DNA of 64,000 bases, taken from contig JBEKMC010000012.1 of the NCBI GenBank assembly GCA_050008715.1, positions 5,834-69,833 of the forward strand, written 5' to 3'. This DNA is from Acidimicrobiales bacterium. GTDB lineage: Bacteria > Actinomycetota > Acidimicrobiia > Acidimicrobiales > Bog-793. How positions within the stretch are numbered: the first letter of the stretch is position 1; each line of letters begins with the position of its first letter. The position numbers and the translations under genes were made by a program. Shown piece by piece: positions 19,554-28,688 of the stretch. A model generated the notes under the pieces. The model saw nothing but the letters and a program-made list of their open reading frames with translations, ran no database searches and had not been told where the DNA came from.

Positions 19554-20159
19554 TCAGCCCCGACGGCCCTCTGCGCTGACCTGGGAGAGGAAGCTCTCGA
19601 GGACTTTCTCCTGACGAGCCGGCAGCGCTCGCTCCGGGTACAGCACTGCTTCGATGGAAAGCCCCTCGACGAGGCTGACCAGTTGGTGGGTGATGGCACT
19701 CGTGTCGAGGTCGGCCGAGATCTCACCGAGCTTCTGTGCCTCGCTCACCCGGTAGTGCAGGACGTCCCAGAAGCGCTCGAACTCGTCGTGCTGCAACTCA
19801 CGCAGGCTCTCGTTGCCCAGCGCGAGCGACCAGAAGTTCACCTCGATCTGCGCCTCGAGGAGGCGTTGGTCGTCGAGCGGAAGTGCCTCCAGCATGATCA
19901 CGCGAAGTGCGGCGACCCCCATCAAGCCCTGTGTCCGGACTTGCAGCCGCTCGTACACCTGGCGATGGGAGAGCCGCAGCGTCGTCGCCAGCAATTCCTC
20001 CTTGTCGCCGAAGTAGTGCGCCAGTACGCCAGTCGACACACCGGCTTCCCGGGCGATCTCGCGCGTCGTGACACCGACGATGCCCGTCCGGGCGATGACC
20101 CGCCAGGTCGCCTCGACCAGTTCTTGTCGCCGCTCGTCGTGGTCGACGATCTTCGGCAA
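19554..20159 (-). CDS. TetR/AcrR-family transcriptional regulator
   Basis: 201 aa. HTH 'TTREIAREAGVSTGVLAHYF'. Confidence 0.9.
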   Translation of the reverse strand: MPKIVDHDERRQELVEATWRVIARTGIVGVTTREIAREAGVSTGVLAHYFGDKEELLATTLRLSHRQVYERLQVRTQGLMGVAALRVIMLEALPLDDQRLLEAQIEVNFWSLALGNESLRELQHDEFERFWDVLHYRVSEAQKLGEISADLDTSAITHQLVSLVEGLSIEAVLYPERALPARQEKVLESFLSQVSAEGRRG

Positions 20160-20276
20160 GCTGTCTCCCTTCCCATCCTCGGAGGTACGAGAGGATGTCG
20201 CAGACTACCGGTTGTGTCACTGGCCTCTCGGGCCACAGCCGCCTGAACCGCTCTGCCACGAGTACGGCCCCGTCGC

Positions 20277-20305
20277 TTGATAATCGGGCGTTCGATATGT
20301 ATCGT
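20277..20305 (+). promoter_or_regulatory. Putative promoter TTGATA-N17-TATCGT for the transketolase operon
   Basis: Hexamers and the 17-nt spacer read directly. If real, the TSS (~20312) lies after ATG 20297 and favours GTG 20321 as the tktN start. Confidence 0.3.
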
Positions 20306-21223
20306 GGCACAGTCGAGCACGTGACACAGCCCAGATCACCCCATCCGCCGAGATCGAGCCAGGAACGCCGGGAGCTCGTGGACCGCCTGGCCGAACGCGC
20401 CAAGTTCATCCGCCTCGAGACCGTGCGCCTCACCCGCATCGCCGGCGCCGGCCACTACACCGGCACGTTCTCGGCCGCCGAAATCCTCGCTGCCCTGTAT
20501 TACGCCGAGCTGTGCTACCGGCCCGAGGAGCCTGCGTGGCCTGATCGCGACCGCTTCGTGCTCAGCAAGGGCCATGCCGCCATCGGTCTCTACCCCGTGC
20601 TGGCAGACGTCGGATTCTTCGACGCCTCCGCCCTCGACGACTACACGCGACTGGACAGCCCGTTCGGGGATCACCCGGACATGCGCAAGATCAAGGGCAT
20701 CGACTTCAGCTCCGGCTCGCTCGGCCACGGATTGTCTGTCAGCGTCGGGATGGCCCTTGCCGGGCGCGTGCAACACCGGCCGTACCGCACGTACTGCGTC
20801 ACCGGCGACGGCGAGCTGGCCGAGGGTCAGGTGTGGGAGGCGGCGATGGCGGCAGGTCAGTTCCGTCTCGGCTCGCTCGTGTGCATCGTCGACCGCAACG
20901 GTCTCTCCATCGACGGCAACACCGAGGATCTCATGGGCATCGAACCACTCGAAGACAAGTTCGCCGCCTTCCGGTGGAAGGTCCAACGCGTCGACGGTCA
21001 CGACCTCGATGCCCTTCTCGATGCATTCTCGTCACTCGAGACCAACGAGGTGGGGGCGCCACAGGTCATCATCGCTGACACCGTCAAGGGGCGCGGCGTG
21101 AGCCGGATGGAAGGCGACGTCGCCTGGCACGTCGGCAACCTGAACGGCACCGACTACGACGAGGTGATCGCGGAGCTGCAAGCCGGCTTACGCCCCACCG
21201 CCTCCGGAGCTCGCCATGGCTGA
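20297..21223 (+). CDS. Transketolase, N-terminal (TPP-binding) subunit
   Basis: 'GHYTGTFSAAEILAALYY', 'SKGHAA', 'GSLGHGLS', 'GDGELAEGQVWEA'. Start is ATG 20297 or GTG 20321. Confidence 0.85.
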   Translation: MYRGTVEHVTQPRSPHPPRSSQERRELVDRLAERAKFIRLETVRLTRIAGAGHYTGTFSAAEILAALYYAELCYRPEEPAWPDRDRFVLSKGHAAIGLYPVLADVGFFDASALDDYTRLDSPFGDHPDMRKIKGIDFSSGSLGHGLSVSVGMALAGRVQHRPYRTYCVTGDGELAEGQVWEAAMAAGQFRLGSLVCIVDRNGLSIDGNTEDLMGIEPLEDKFAAFRWKVQRVDGHDLDALLDAFSSLETNEVGAPQVIIADTVKGRGVSRMEGDVAWHVGNLNGTDYDEVIAELQAGLRPTASGARHG

Positions 21224-22337
21224 AGACGCCACACCTCCCCGGCCCGAGACCTCGACTGCGCCAGCAAGCGGCCATCCAGCGGGGGGCCAGCCAGCGAGCG
21301 GCCAAGCGCTGAGCGAGGTCTTCCGCGGGAGCGCCGGCGGCGAGCATGCCCTGAAGGACGCACGGTCCTCGAAGGGCATCGAGCAGAGGACCATCCCGGC
21401 CTTCGTCGCCGGCGACGAGCTGGCCGACCTCGCCGAGCACGACGAACGCATCGTCGTGCTCACGGCGGACCTCGCCAACGCCAACCGGACAGCCGACTTC
21501 GCCACCCGTCACCCGGACCGCTTCTTCAACATGGGCGTGGCGGAACAGAACATGGTGTCGGTCGCCGCCGGCCTGGCATCCGCCGGACAAATCCCGTTCG
21601 TGGCGACGTTCGCCTCCTACCTCGCCCTTCTCGCCTGTGAACAGATCCGTACCGACTGCGCCTACCCGGGCATGCCCGTACGGCTCCTCGGGCACCACTC
21701 AGGGATGAGCCTCGGTTACTACGGGACGAGCCACCACTCCCTCGAGGACATCGGCATCATGCGCACGATCGCCGACATGACCGTCGTCTGTGCCGCCGAC
21801 GCCAACGAGCTGCGTGCGCTCCTGCGCCTGTCGCTCGACTGGCCGGGGGCCATGTACATCCGCCTCGGCCGCGGACGGGATCCGGAGGTGTACCCCGAGC
21901 CGCCGGCCGGCCTCCGGATCGGCCGCGCCGTGCGACTGCGCGACGGCGACGACCTCACCATGATCACGACCGGCTCCGAAGTCCGCGCCTGCCTGGACGC
22001 CGCCGAGCTCCTCGCAATGCAGGGCACCTCTGTGCGCGTGGTCGACATGCACACGATCAAGCCGCTCGATGTCGGCGAGATCCTCTCGGCCGCCGGCGAG
22101 ACCGGTGGCATCCTCACCGTCGAGGAGCACAACCGCACCGGTGGCCTCGGATCGGCGGTTGCCGAGACGCTCGCCGACGCCGGCGCGGCGACGCCGTTGT
22201 TGCGCCACGGTGTTCCCGACGTCCACGTCGTTCTCGGCCCTCCAGCCGGCCTGTATGCCCGTTACGAGCTCGATGCCAACGGCATAGCCTCCAAGGCGCT
22301 CGAGCTTCTCTCGTCCTCGAAAGGAGCCAAGTCGTGA
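21216..22337 (+). CDS. Transketolase, C-terminal (pyrimidine-binding) subunit
   Basis: 'FFNMGVAEQNMVSVAAGLA' and 'TSHHSLEDIGIMR'. Pro/Ala/Gly-rich ~45-aa N-terminal extension. Overlaps the tktN end. Confidence 0.85.
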   Translation: MAEDATPPRPETSTAPASGHPAGGQPASGQALSEVFRGSAGGEHALKDARSSKGIEQRTIPAFVAGDELADLAEHDERIVVLTADLANANRTADFATRHPDRFFNMGVAEQNMVSVAAGLASAGQIPFVATFASYLALLACEQIRTDCAYPGMPVRLLGHHSGMSLGYYGTSHHSLEDIGIMRTIADMTVVCAADANELRALLRLSLDWPGAMYIRLGRGRDPEVYPEPPAGLRIGRAVRLRDGDDLTMITTGSEVRACLDAAELLAMQGTSVRVVDMHTIKPLDVGEILSAAGETGGILTVEEHNRTGGLGSAVAETLADAGAATPLLRHGVPDVHVVLGPPAGLYARYELDANGIASKALELLSSSKGAKS

Positions 22338-23587
22338 CTCGCGTGGCGAACATGAACCGGACTCGGGAGATCGACGCCGCCCTGCGGCAGCGTGCCCGTC
22401 ACGTGATCCCCGGCGGCATGTACGGGCACCTCAGTGCGAACAACCTGTCGGAGGAGTACCCGCAGTTCTACGCGCGCTCGGACGGATCGCGAATCTGGGA
22501 CGTCGACGGCAACGAGTACGTCGACCTCATGTGCAGCTTCGGCCCCGTCATCCTCGGGCACCGTCACCCGGCCGTCGAGGCTGCAGTCTCTGCCCAACTC
22601 GCCAAAGGCGATACCCAAGCGGGTCCGGCCCCCTGCATGGTCGAGCTGGCCGAGCTGCTCGTCGAACGCGTCTCCCACGCCGACTGGGCCATGTTCGCCA
22701 AGAACGGGTCGGACGCCAACACGATCTGCCTCATGATCGCCCGCGCCGCCACCGGCAGGAACAAGGTGCTCGCAGCCCGAGGCGCCTACCACGGCTCGGC
22801 GCCCTGGTCGACCCCGGTCGTGAAGGGCGTCACGCCGGAGGACCGCGCCTCGGTCCACTACTACACGTTCAACGACCTCGCGAGCGTGGAAGCCGCCGCC
22901 GCCGCAGCAGCCGGTGACGTGGCTGCGATCATCGTGTCGCCGTTCAAACACGACGCCGGCTTCGACCAGGAGCTCGTCGACCCGGCCTTCGCCCGCGGTC
23001 TGCGAGCGCTCTGCGACCGCATCGGCGCTCCCCTCGTGCTCGACGAGGTCAGGGCCGGGTTCCGCCTCAACCACGGCGGCAGTTGGGAGACGCTCGGCGT
23101 CGAACCCGACTTGAGCGCATGGAGCAAGGCGATCGCCAACGGCTACGCCTTGGCAGCCGTCCTCGGAGGCGCCGGCCTTGCAGAGGCGGCCTCGTCCATC
23201 TTCGTCACCGGATCCTTCTGGTACCAGGCCGCACCTATGGCCGCCGCGTTGGCGACGATCGCCGCCCTGCGGGAGCAGGACGCCGTCGCCTCGATGTTGC
23301 AACGAGGCATTCGCCTTCGCGAAGGTCTCGAAGAACAGGCACGATCCGCCGGCGTGGCCATCTGCCAGACCGGTCCGCCGCAAATGCCGAACGTGCGCTT
23401 CGTCGGCGACGAGAGCTTCGAGCGATCGGGACTGTTCAGCGGAACCTGCGCTGCCGGCGGGGTCATCGTGCACCCACGCCACAACTGGTTCGTGTCGGCC
23501 GCACTCACCGACGAGGACGTGGACGACGCCCTCGCCACGACTGAGGTCGCCTTTGCTGCCGTGCGCGAACAATTCGGCGAGAGCTGA
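22334..23587 (+). CDS. Class-III aminotransferase (glutamate-1-semialdehyde aminomutase-like)
   Basis: 'DVDGNEYVDL', 'FAKNGSDAN', 'LVLDEVRAGFR', 'WSKAIANGY' (PLP-Lys). Confidence 0.85.
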   Translation: MTRVANMNRTREIDAALRQRARHVIPGGMYGHLSANNLSEEYPQFYARSDGSRIWDVDGNEYVDLMCSFGPVILGHRHPAVEAAVSAQLAKGDTQAGPAPCMVELAELLVERVSHADWAMFAKNGSDANTICLMIARAATGRNKVLAARGAYHGSAPWSTPVVKGVTPEDRASVHYYTFNDLASVEAAAAAAAGDVAAIIVSPFKHDAGFDQELVDPAFARGLRALCDRIGAPLVLDEVRAGFRLNHGGSWETLGVEPDLSAWSKAIANGYALAAVLGGAGLAEAASSIFVTGSFWYQAAPMAAALATIAALREQDAVASMLQRGIRLREGLEEQARSAGVAICQTGPPQMPNVRFVGDESFERSGLFSGTCAAGGVIVHPRHNWFVSAALTDEDVDDALATTEVAFAAVREQFGES

Positions 23588-23621
23588 AGCGGGTCATCTG
23601 GCGGGACGGAGGACAGACACG

Positions 23622-24452
23622 ATGGCGAGGGATCCGCTGAAGGTGCTCGTGGTGACCGGAGGGCACCCGTTCGAACAAGAGCCGTTCCTTGCGATCTTCG
23701 ACGCCGTCGGTGGGATCGCATGGGAGCACGAGGAGCCACCTCGGGCGCGGGAACACTTCCGGCCAGGGCGGGCCGGAGAGTTCGACGCCATCGTGTGCTA
23801 CGACATGCAGGGCATCGTGTTCAACAAGCCGGACCTGCCCCGTCTCCTCACGCCGCCTGCGGAGTACGCCGAGGGTTTCCGCCAGATGCTCGAGGCCGGT
23901 CAGGGGATCGTGTTCCTCCACCACGCCATGTCGGCGTGGCCAACGTGGCCGTTGTGGGCCGAGGTGGTGGGCGGGCGTTGGAACTACGTGCCCGGCGAGC
24001 TCCGCGGCAGGTCCTGGCCGGCGTCCGGCTACACCCGCGAGGTCGAGCACCACATCTCGTGCATCGACCCCGCACATCCGATCTGTGCCGGCTTGGAGGA
24101 GGGTTTCGACATCGTCGACGAGATTTACTTGAACCCGGTGCTGGAGGACAGCGTCGTGCCGCTGCTGCGCACGGACTTCGACATGTCGCCTGAGTCGTTC
24201 TTCTCCGGTCAGCACGCCATCCAGGGCCGGCTGTACGACCGAGAGGGTTGGACCCACCCGCCCGGCCGCGGCCTTGTCGGTTGGGTGAAGACGGCGGGCC
24301 GCAGCCCGATCGCATACCTGCAGTCGGGACACGGCCCGGCCGCATATGGCAACGCGGGGTTCCGTCGCTTGCTCTCCAATGCCATCGCCTGGGTGGCCTC
24401 GGACGAGGCTCACCGTTGGGCGGCCGACCACGAGACAGCTCTGGCCGGATGA
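23622..24452 (+). CDS. ThuA-domain protein (class-I GATase-like fold, function unknown)
   Basis: ATG 23622 after GGACGGAGGA. 'KVLVVTGGH', 'FDAIVCYDM', 'GIVFLHHA', 'DPAHPICAGL', 'DEIY'. Confidence 0.7.
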   Translation: MARDPLKVLVVTGGHPFEQEPFLAIFDAVGGIAWEHEEPPRAREHFRPGRAGEFDAIVCYDMQGIVFNKPDLPRLLTPPAEYAEGFRQMLEAGQGIVFLHHAMSAWPTWPLWAEVVGGRWNYVPGELRGRSWPASGYTREVEHHISCIDPAHPICAGLEEGFDIVDEIYLNPVLEDSVVPLLRTDFDMSPESFFSGQHAIQGRLYDREGWTHPPGRGLVGWVKTAGRSPIAYLQSGHGPAAYGNAGFRRLLSNAIAWVASDEAHRWAADHETALAG

Positions 24453-25123
24453 CAACGGCACAGCTGAGTGAGGCCAAGTCCTCCCTCGCCCTCCTCGGCC
24501 GCTCCCTCGTGCCCGACGACCTCGCCATCGGGTTTGCGGGCAACCTGAGCGTTCGGGTCGGGGATCTCGTGGCCATCACGCCATCGGCGGTCCCCTATGA
24601 CGAGATCACCGCGGGTGACATCTGCGTCGTGGGTCTGGACGGCCAGGCGATCGAGCACAACGGCCGTATGCTCTCCTCCGAGACGCCCATGCACCTGGCC
24701 GTCTACGCCACCACGGCGGCGGCGGCGGTCGTACACACCCACTCCCCCGAAGTCGTGGCCCTGTCCACGGTCGTCACCGAGCTGCCGGCGATCCACTACG
24801 CCATCGTGGGCCTGGGCGGACCCGTTCGCGTCGTCCCCTACGTGCGATTCGGATCGGCCGGCCTCGCCGATGGCGCTGCCGCCGCCCTCGAGGGGCGCTC
24901 CGCCGCCATCCTGCAGAACCATGGGGCGATCACTTACGGCGCAAGCCTCGAGGAGGCATATCACCGCGCCAGGCTGCTCGAGTGGCTGGCGAGGGTCTAC
25001 CGGCTGGCTCAGTCGCACGGTACGCCCCGGATCTTGAGCGCCGAGGAGCTGGCGGAGGTGGCGGCCGAGAGCCGCCGGCGCCGGTACGGGCTGGCAGGCA
25101 CGCCGCCGGCTGAATCCGCTTAG
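24449..25123 (+). CDS. Class-II aldolase/adducin-family protein
   Basis: ATGA overlap with the ThuA stop. 'GNLSVR', 'SSETPMHLAVY', 'VVHTHSP', 'LQNHGAITYG'. Confidence 0.85.
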   Translation: MTTAQLSEAKSSLALLGRSLVPDDLAIGFAGNLSVRVGDLVAITPSAVPYDEITAGDICVVGLDGQAIEHNGRMLSSETPMHLAVYATTAAAAVVHTHSPEVVALSTVVTELPAIHYAIVGLGGPVRVVPYVRFGSAGLADGAAAALEGRSAAILQNHGAITYGASLEEAYHRARLLEWLARVYRLAQSHGTPRILSAEELAEVAAESRRRRYGLAGTPPAESA

Positions 25124-25162
25124 GAACGCCGGCACACATCCCACAGGCGAGCGCCGGCCCGC

Positions 25163-26083
25163 TCAGGACACCGGCGGGGGTACTCCCTCGGCGCTGGCTG
25201 AGAGGGCTGCGTCCCATTCGCAGACCGAGCACGCGTGGCGGACGGCGGACCGGGCAAAACCGAGCGCCGTCCCGTGCGGATCGGCACTGGCACACACGTC
25301 CTCCCAGTCGAGCACGTACTCCCCGAGGGCGGCTTCCCAGCGCGCCGCCGGAGGCGACAACGTGCCGGAGGAATACCCGCCAGGTGCGGGGTAGGCGTAG
25401 GCGTAGAAGGCGGCGTGCGGGTAGCGGTCGTCACCGGGCCACCACCCCACTGCCACCTCCTGAGCGTTCATCGAGTTGCGGGCGATGAACGTCGTCGAGG
25501 GCGGTTCAGCCCCGCGCCCGGAGAAGAGGCTCACGGCGAGGTCGAACGATCCCCACCAGGCGTTCACCGGCGTCGAGCGGCCGCGGTACGGCGCCCGCAG
25601 TTCCCCGAGCACGAAGGCGGCGCGCGTGGCTGCAGCGAAGTACGCGGCCACCTGGGCGGCGTCGTAGCTCGCGTGCTCCTCGTCCTCGTCGAGTGGCGTG
25701 TCCCACGGCGTCTCCTGCGGCCGCAGATCGACGTCGATCGGGCCGCCGAGCTCGCGAGCTGCCCTCAGCACGCCCCGCGTCACGTCGGCGACAGGCCGAT
25801 CGGGCGCGAGGGCCAGTCGCCGCTGCCGCCCGTCGCTGTGCTCGACGACTGCCTCGTGCGACCGGAGGTCCAGGCAGAGGGCGATGGCGCCAGAGCCGTT
25901 GGGTGCCGGCAGCGCCCGGGTCTCCCACCCGCGCGCCGTCAGCTGGAGTGCTGCGTGCTGGAGCTGTGGCTCGGGAGGAGCCAAGGCTGCCGCCAGCTTG
26001 CCGAGCACCTGGGTGTGTGCGTGCAGCGTGTGGCAGGTGGCAGCCCAAGCCTCATAGGAAAGAACAGGCCACTCCGACGGCAC
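25163..26083 (-). CDS. Conserved hypothetical protein (DUF5996-like)
   Basis: 306 aa. The N-terminus 'WPVLSYEAWAATCHTLHAHTQVLGKL' matches my recollection of the DUF5996 family. No catalytic motif recognised. Confidence 0.55.
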   Translation of the reverse strand: MPSEWPVLSYEAWAATCHTLHAHTQVLGKLAAALAPPEPQLQHAALQLTARGWETRALPAPNGSGAIALCLDLRSHEAVVEHSDGRQRRLALAPDRPVADVTRGVLRAARELGGPIDVDLRPQETPWDTPLDEDEEHASYDAAQVAAYFAAATRAAFVLGELRAPYRGRSTPVNAWWGSFDLAVSLFSGRGAEPPSTTFIARNSMNAQEVAVGWWPGDDRYPHAAFYAYAYPAPGGYSSGTLSPPAARWEAALGEYVLDWEDVCASADPHGTALGFARSAVRHACSVCEWDAALSASAEGVPPPVS

Positions 26084-26249
26084 GGACGTACGCTACCGGA
26101 CGCATCCGGAGGGGGCCGGCCGCGGCTCGGGCTCACGCGCTTCAGTTGGCCTGCCATCAGGCCGACACCTCAGAAGGGTGTGCGGTGACATTCGGCCCTA
26201 CACCCGCGGCCCCCGCACTCGTAGCGTAGAAGAAACCAGTGAGGCGTAG

Positions 26250-27320
26250 ATGAAGACCGACACAGCATGCTCCGACCAGCGTCTTCGGAGCGTCGACGGA
26301 AGGCACGGGCGGACGCCTGCACTCCGGTTTGCCAACATCACCCAGCGCTACGGCACCCGTGTCGTGCTCGACGATCTCGGCTTCGAAGTAGCTCGTGGCG
26401 AGACGCTGGCGTTTCTCGGGCCGAACGGCGCCGGCAAGTCCACGACCATCTCATTGCTCCTCGGCTTGCTCCGCCCGGATTCCGGGACCGTCGAGGTGCT
26501 CGGTACGAGCCCGCGTCGCGCCGTCGCTCAGGGCCGGGTGGGCGCAATGCTCCAAACGGGTTCGGGAAGTGGCCTCCCGCCGGGTGTCCGTGTCGAGGAG
26601 GTGCTGCGGCTCGTGCAACGCCTCTACCCGCGCCCGGCCCCGTTCGACCTGACCGTCGAGCGAGCGAGCATCGGGCGGCTCCTCGGTCGCCAGACGCACC
26701 GCTTGTCCGGCGGGGAAGCCCAGCGGGTTCGTTTCGCCATCGCCATTGCGGGTAACCCTGACCTGGTCTTTCTCGACGAGCCGACCGCCGCCATGGACGT
26801 GGACGGGCGCCGCTCCTTCTGGCGCATGATCCGGCAATTCGGTCAAGAAGGACGCACGATCGTCTTTGCCACGCACCACCTGCAGGAGGCGGACGAGATC
26901 GCCGACCGGGTCGTGGTGATCAACCACGGCCGTGTGGTTGCGAACGGCCCGGGAGCGACGCTCAAGGCAGCCGTGTCGGCCAGGCGCGTGCGCTTCGTGT
27001 GCGACCGCCCGAACCAGAGCGTGTTCGACGTGCTGGAAGGCGTGACTGACGTCGTGGTCCGCGGGAACGGCGTCGTGCTGGATTCCCTCGATGCCGACGC
27101 CACCGTGCGGGCGCTCGTACGCCACCGCATCGCCTTCAGTGACCTCGAGGTGACCGGCGCCTGCCTGGAGGAGGCGTTTCTCGCTCTCACCCGGCAAGAC
27201 CGCACGTGCGAGAGTGGGGCCGTCGAGAGTCGGGCCGTCGAGCGCCGGGCCGTCGAGCGCCGGGCCGTCGAGCGCCGGGCCGTCGAGCGCCGGGCCGTCG
27301 AGCGCCGGGCCGCAGGATGA
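26250..27320 (+). CDS. ABC transporter ATP-binding protein with C-terminal (RAVER)n repeat tail
   Basis: 'GPNGAGKST' (Walker A), 'LSGGEAQR' (signature), 'LVFLDEPTAAMD' (Walker B). The tail is 'GAVESRAVERRAVERRAVERRAVERRAVERRAAG'. Confidence 0.85.
   Translation: MKTDTACSDQRLRSVDGRHGRTPALRFANITQRYGTRVVLDDLGFEVARGETLAFLGPNGAGKSTTISLLLGLLRPDSGTVEVLGTSPRRAVAQGRVGAMLQTGSGSGLPPGVRVEEVLRLVQRLYPRPAPFDLTVERASIGRLLGRQTHRLSGGEAQRVRFAIAIAGNPDLVFLDEPTAAMDVDGRRSFWRMIRQFGQEGRTIVFATHHLQEADEIADRVVVINHGRVVANGPGATLKAAVSARRVRFVCDRPNQSVFDVLEGVTDVVVRGNGVVLDSLDADATVRALVRHRIAFSDLEVTGACLEEAFLALTRQDRTCESGAVESRAVERRAVERRAVERRAVERRAVERRAAG
27216..27313. repeat. 15-bp tandem repeat CGGGCCGTCGAGCGC, ~6.5 copies (5 perfect)
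   Basis: Read directly. Copies at 27216, 27231, 27246, 27261, 27276 and 27291, with a partial copy at 27306. In frame with the ABC ATPase and ending at the ATGA junction with the permease. Confidence 0.95.
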
Positions 27321-28069
27321 CTCCTCTCCTCGCGTTCACCCGCTTCGAGGTCGGACGCCTCCTGCGCAGCTGGAAGTTCCTGATCATCACCGTGGGCTTC
27401 CCTGTGATCTTCTACATGCTCTTCCTCGGCGACAACACGGCCGGCAAGGTCGTCGGCGGCACGGTCCCGTGGCGCGTGTACCTCATGGTGTCGATGTGCT
27501 CCTTCGGCTCGCTCGTAGCAGCGCTCACGGCCGGCGGCGGTCGCCTGTCCACCGAGCGAGCCTCGGGCTGGGCCCGCCAGCTACGGGTGACGCCGATCCC
27601 GGCGTGGGCGTACGTCGCCACGAAAGCGACCGCGAGCATGATCGTCATCCTTCCGGTCATCATGCTGGTCGAGATCGTCGGAGCCGCATTCGGTGGCGTC
27701 AGCCTCTCGGTCGCCTCCTGGTGCGGGCTGACCGCCCTGTTGTGGGTGACTGCCCTGCCGTTCGCGGTGCTCGGCATCTTCATCGGTTTCATGGTCAACG
27801 CCGACGCGGCCTTCCCGGTCGTGACGGCCCTGATGTTCGTGCTCGGTTACTTCGGAGGCCTGTTCAACCCGGTGGCGAACATGCCGCACGCCCTGCAGGT
27901 GGCCGCTCGGATCCTTCCGAGCTTCCATCACGCCGCCCTCGGCCTGGCACTGCTGGACGGGCACGGCTTCGGAGTCGAGAATTGGCTGGTCCTGGTTGGT
28001 TACGCAGCCGTGCTGTGCGGAGGCATCGTCGCAAAGTACAGGATCGAAGAAACCCGAGGACTCGCGTAG
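27317..28069 (+). CDS. ABC-2-type transporter permease
   Basis: ATG 27317 overlaps the ATPase stop. ~6 TM segments. Confidence 0.75.
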   Translation: MTPLLAFTRFEVGRLLRSWKFLIITVGFPVIFYMLFLGDNTAGKVVGGTVPWRVYLMVSMCSFGSLVAALTAGGGRLSTERASGWARQLRVTPIPAWAYVATKATASMIVILPVIMLVEIVGAAFGGVSLSVASWCGLTALLWVTALPFAVLGIFIGFMVNADAAFPVVTALMFVLGYFGGLFNPVANMPHALQVAARILPSFHHAALGLALLDGHGFGVENWLVLVGYAAVLCGGIVAKYRIEETRGLA

Positions 28070-28097
28070 ACACCGCCCCCACCCCTAGGGTGGGAGG

Positions 28098-28604
28098 ATG
28101 ACGATTCGCCTCGCCCGCCCGGAGGAATTCGAGGCGGTCGGCGAGATCACCGTGCAGGCCTACCTCTCGGGTCGCGACACCGAGCTCGGTGACTACGAGC
28201 TGACGCTGCGCGACGTCGCGGGGCGGGCTGCTGACTGCAGCGTGCTCGTCGCGCTCGACGACCGCGACGAAGTCGTCGGCGCCGTCACCTACGTTCCCGG
28301 CCCGGACACCGTCATGAGCGGGTTCTCCGACTCTGAAGCGGCCGGCATCCGGGTGCTCGCCGTCCGACCGGACGCTCAGCGTTCAGGCATCGGCCGAACC
28401 CTCACGGAAGCGTGCCTCGACCAGGCGCGAGCCGACGGCCATCCGCGCGTGATCCTCCATTCGACCGAGGCGATGGCGACCGCCCGGCGTCTGTACGAGA
28501 AGATCGGCTTCGAGCGCCGGCCGGAGCTCGACGAATGGGTGACGCAGCCGCCGTACTCGGAGCGTCAGCCGCTCCGGTTGATGGCGTACGTCTTCACGTT
28601 CTGA
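28098..28604 (+). CDS. GNAT-family N-acetyltransferase
   Basis: 168 aa. 'VRPDAQRSGIGRTL' (acetyl-CoA motif A). RBS GGGTGGGAGG. Confidence 0.85.
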   Translation: MTIRLARPEEFEAVGEITVQAYLSGRDTELGDYELTLRDVAGRAADCSVLVALDDRDEVVGAVTYVPGPDTVMSGFSDSEAAGIRVLAVRPDAQRSGIGRTLTEACLDQARADGHPRVILHSTEAMATARRLYEKIGFERRPELDEWVTQPPYSERQPLRLMAYVFTF

Positions 28605-28688
28605 GACAGGCGCCCGACGCGGGGCACCCCTCGGCAGGCATCTCGGCGCCCGGGGCGCGTCCGACCCGAGCGCCTGGCAGGATGAACC

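Noticed and set aside
27206-27316. Alternative-frame N-terminal extension of the permease ORF ('GRRAPGRRAPGRRAP...')
   Set aside because: It is the same 15-bp repeat read in another frame. The hydrophobic permease sequence begins at ATG 27317, which forms the usual ATGA overlap with the ATPase stop.
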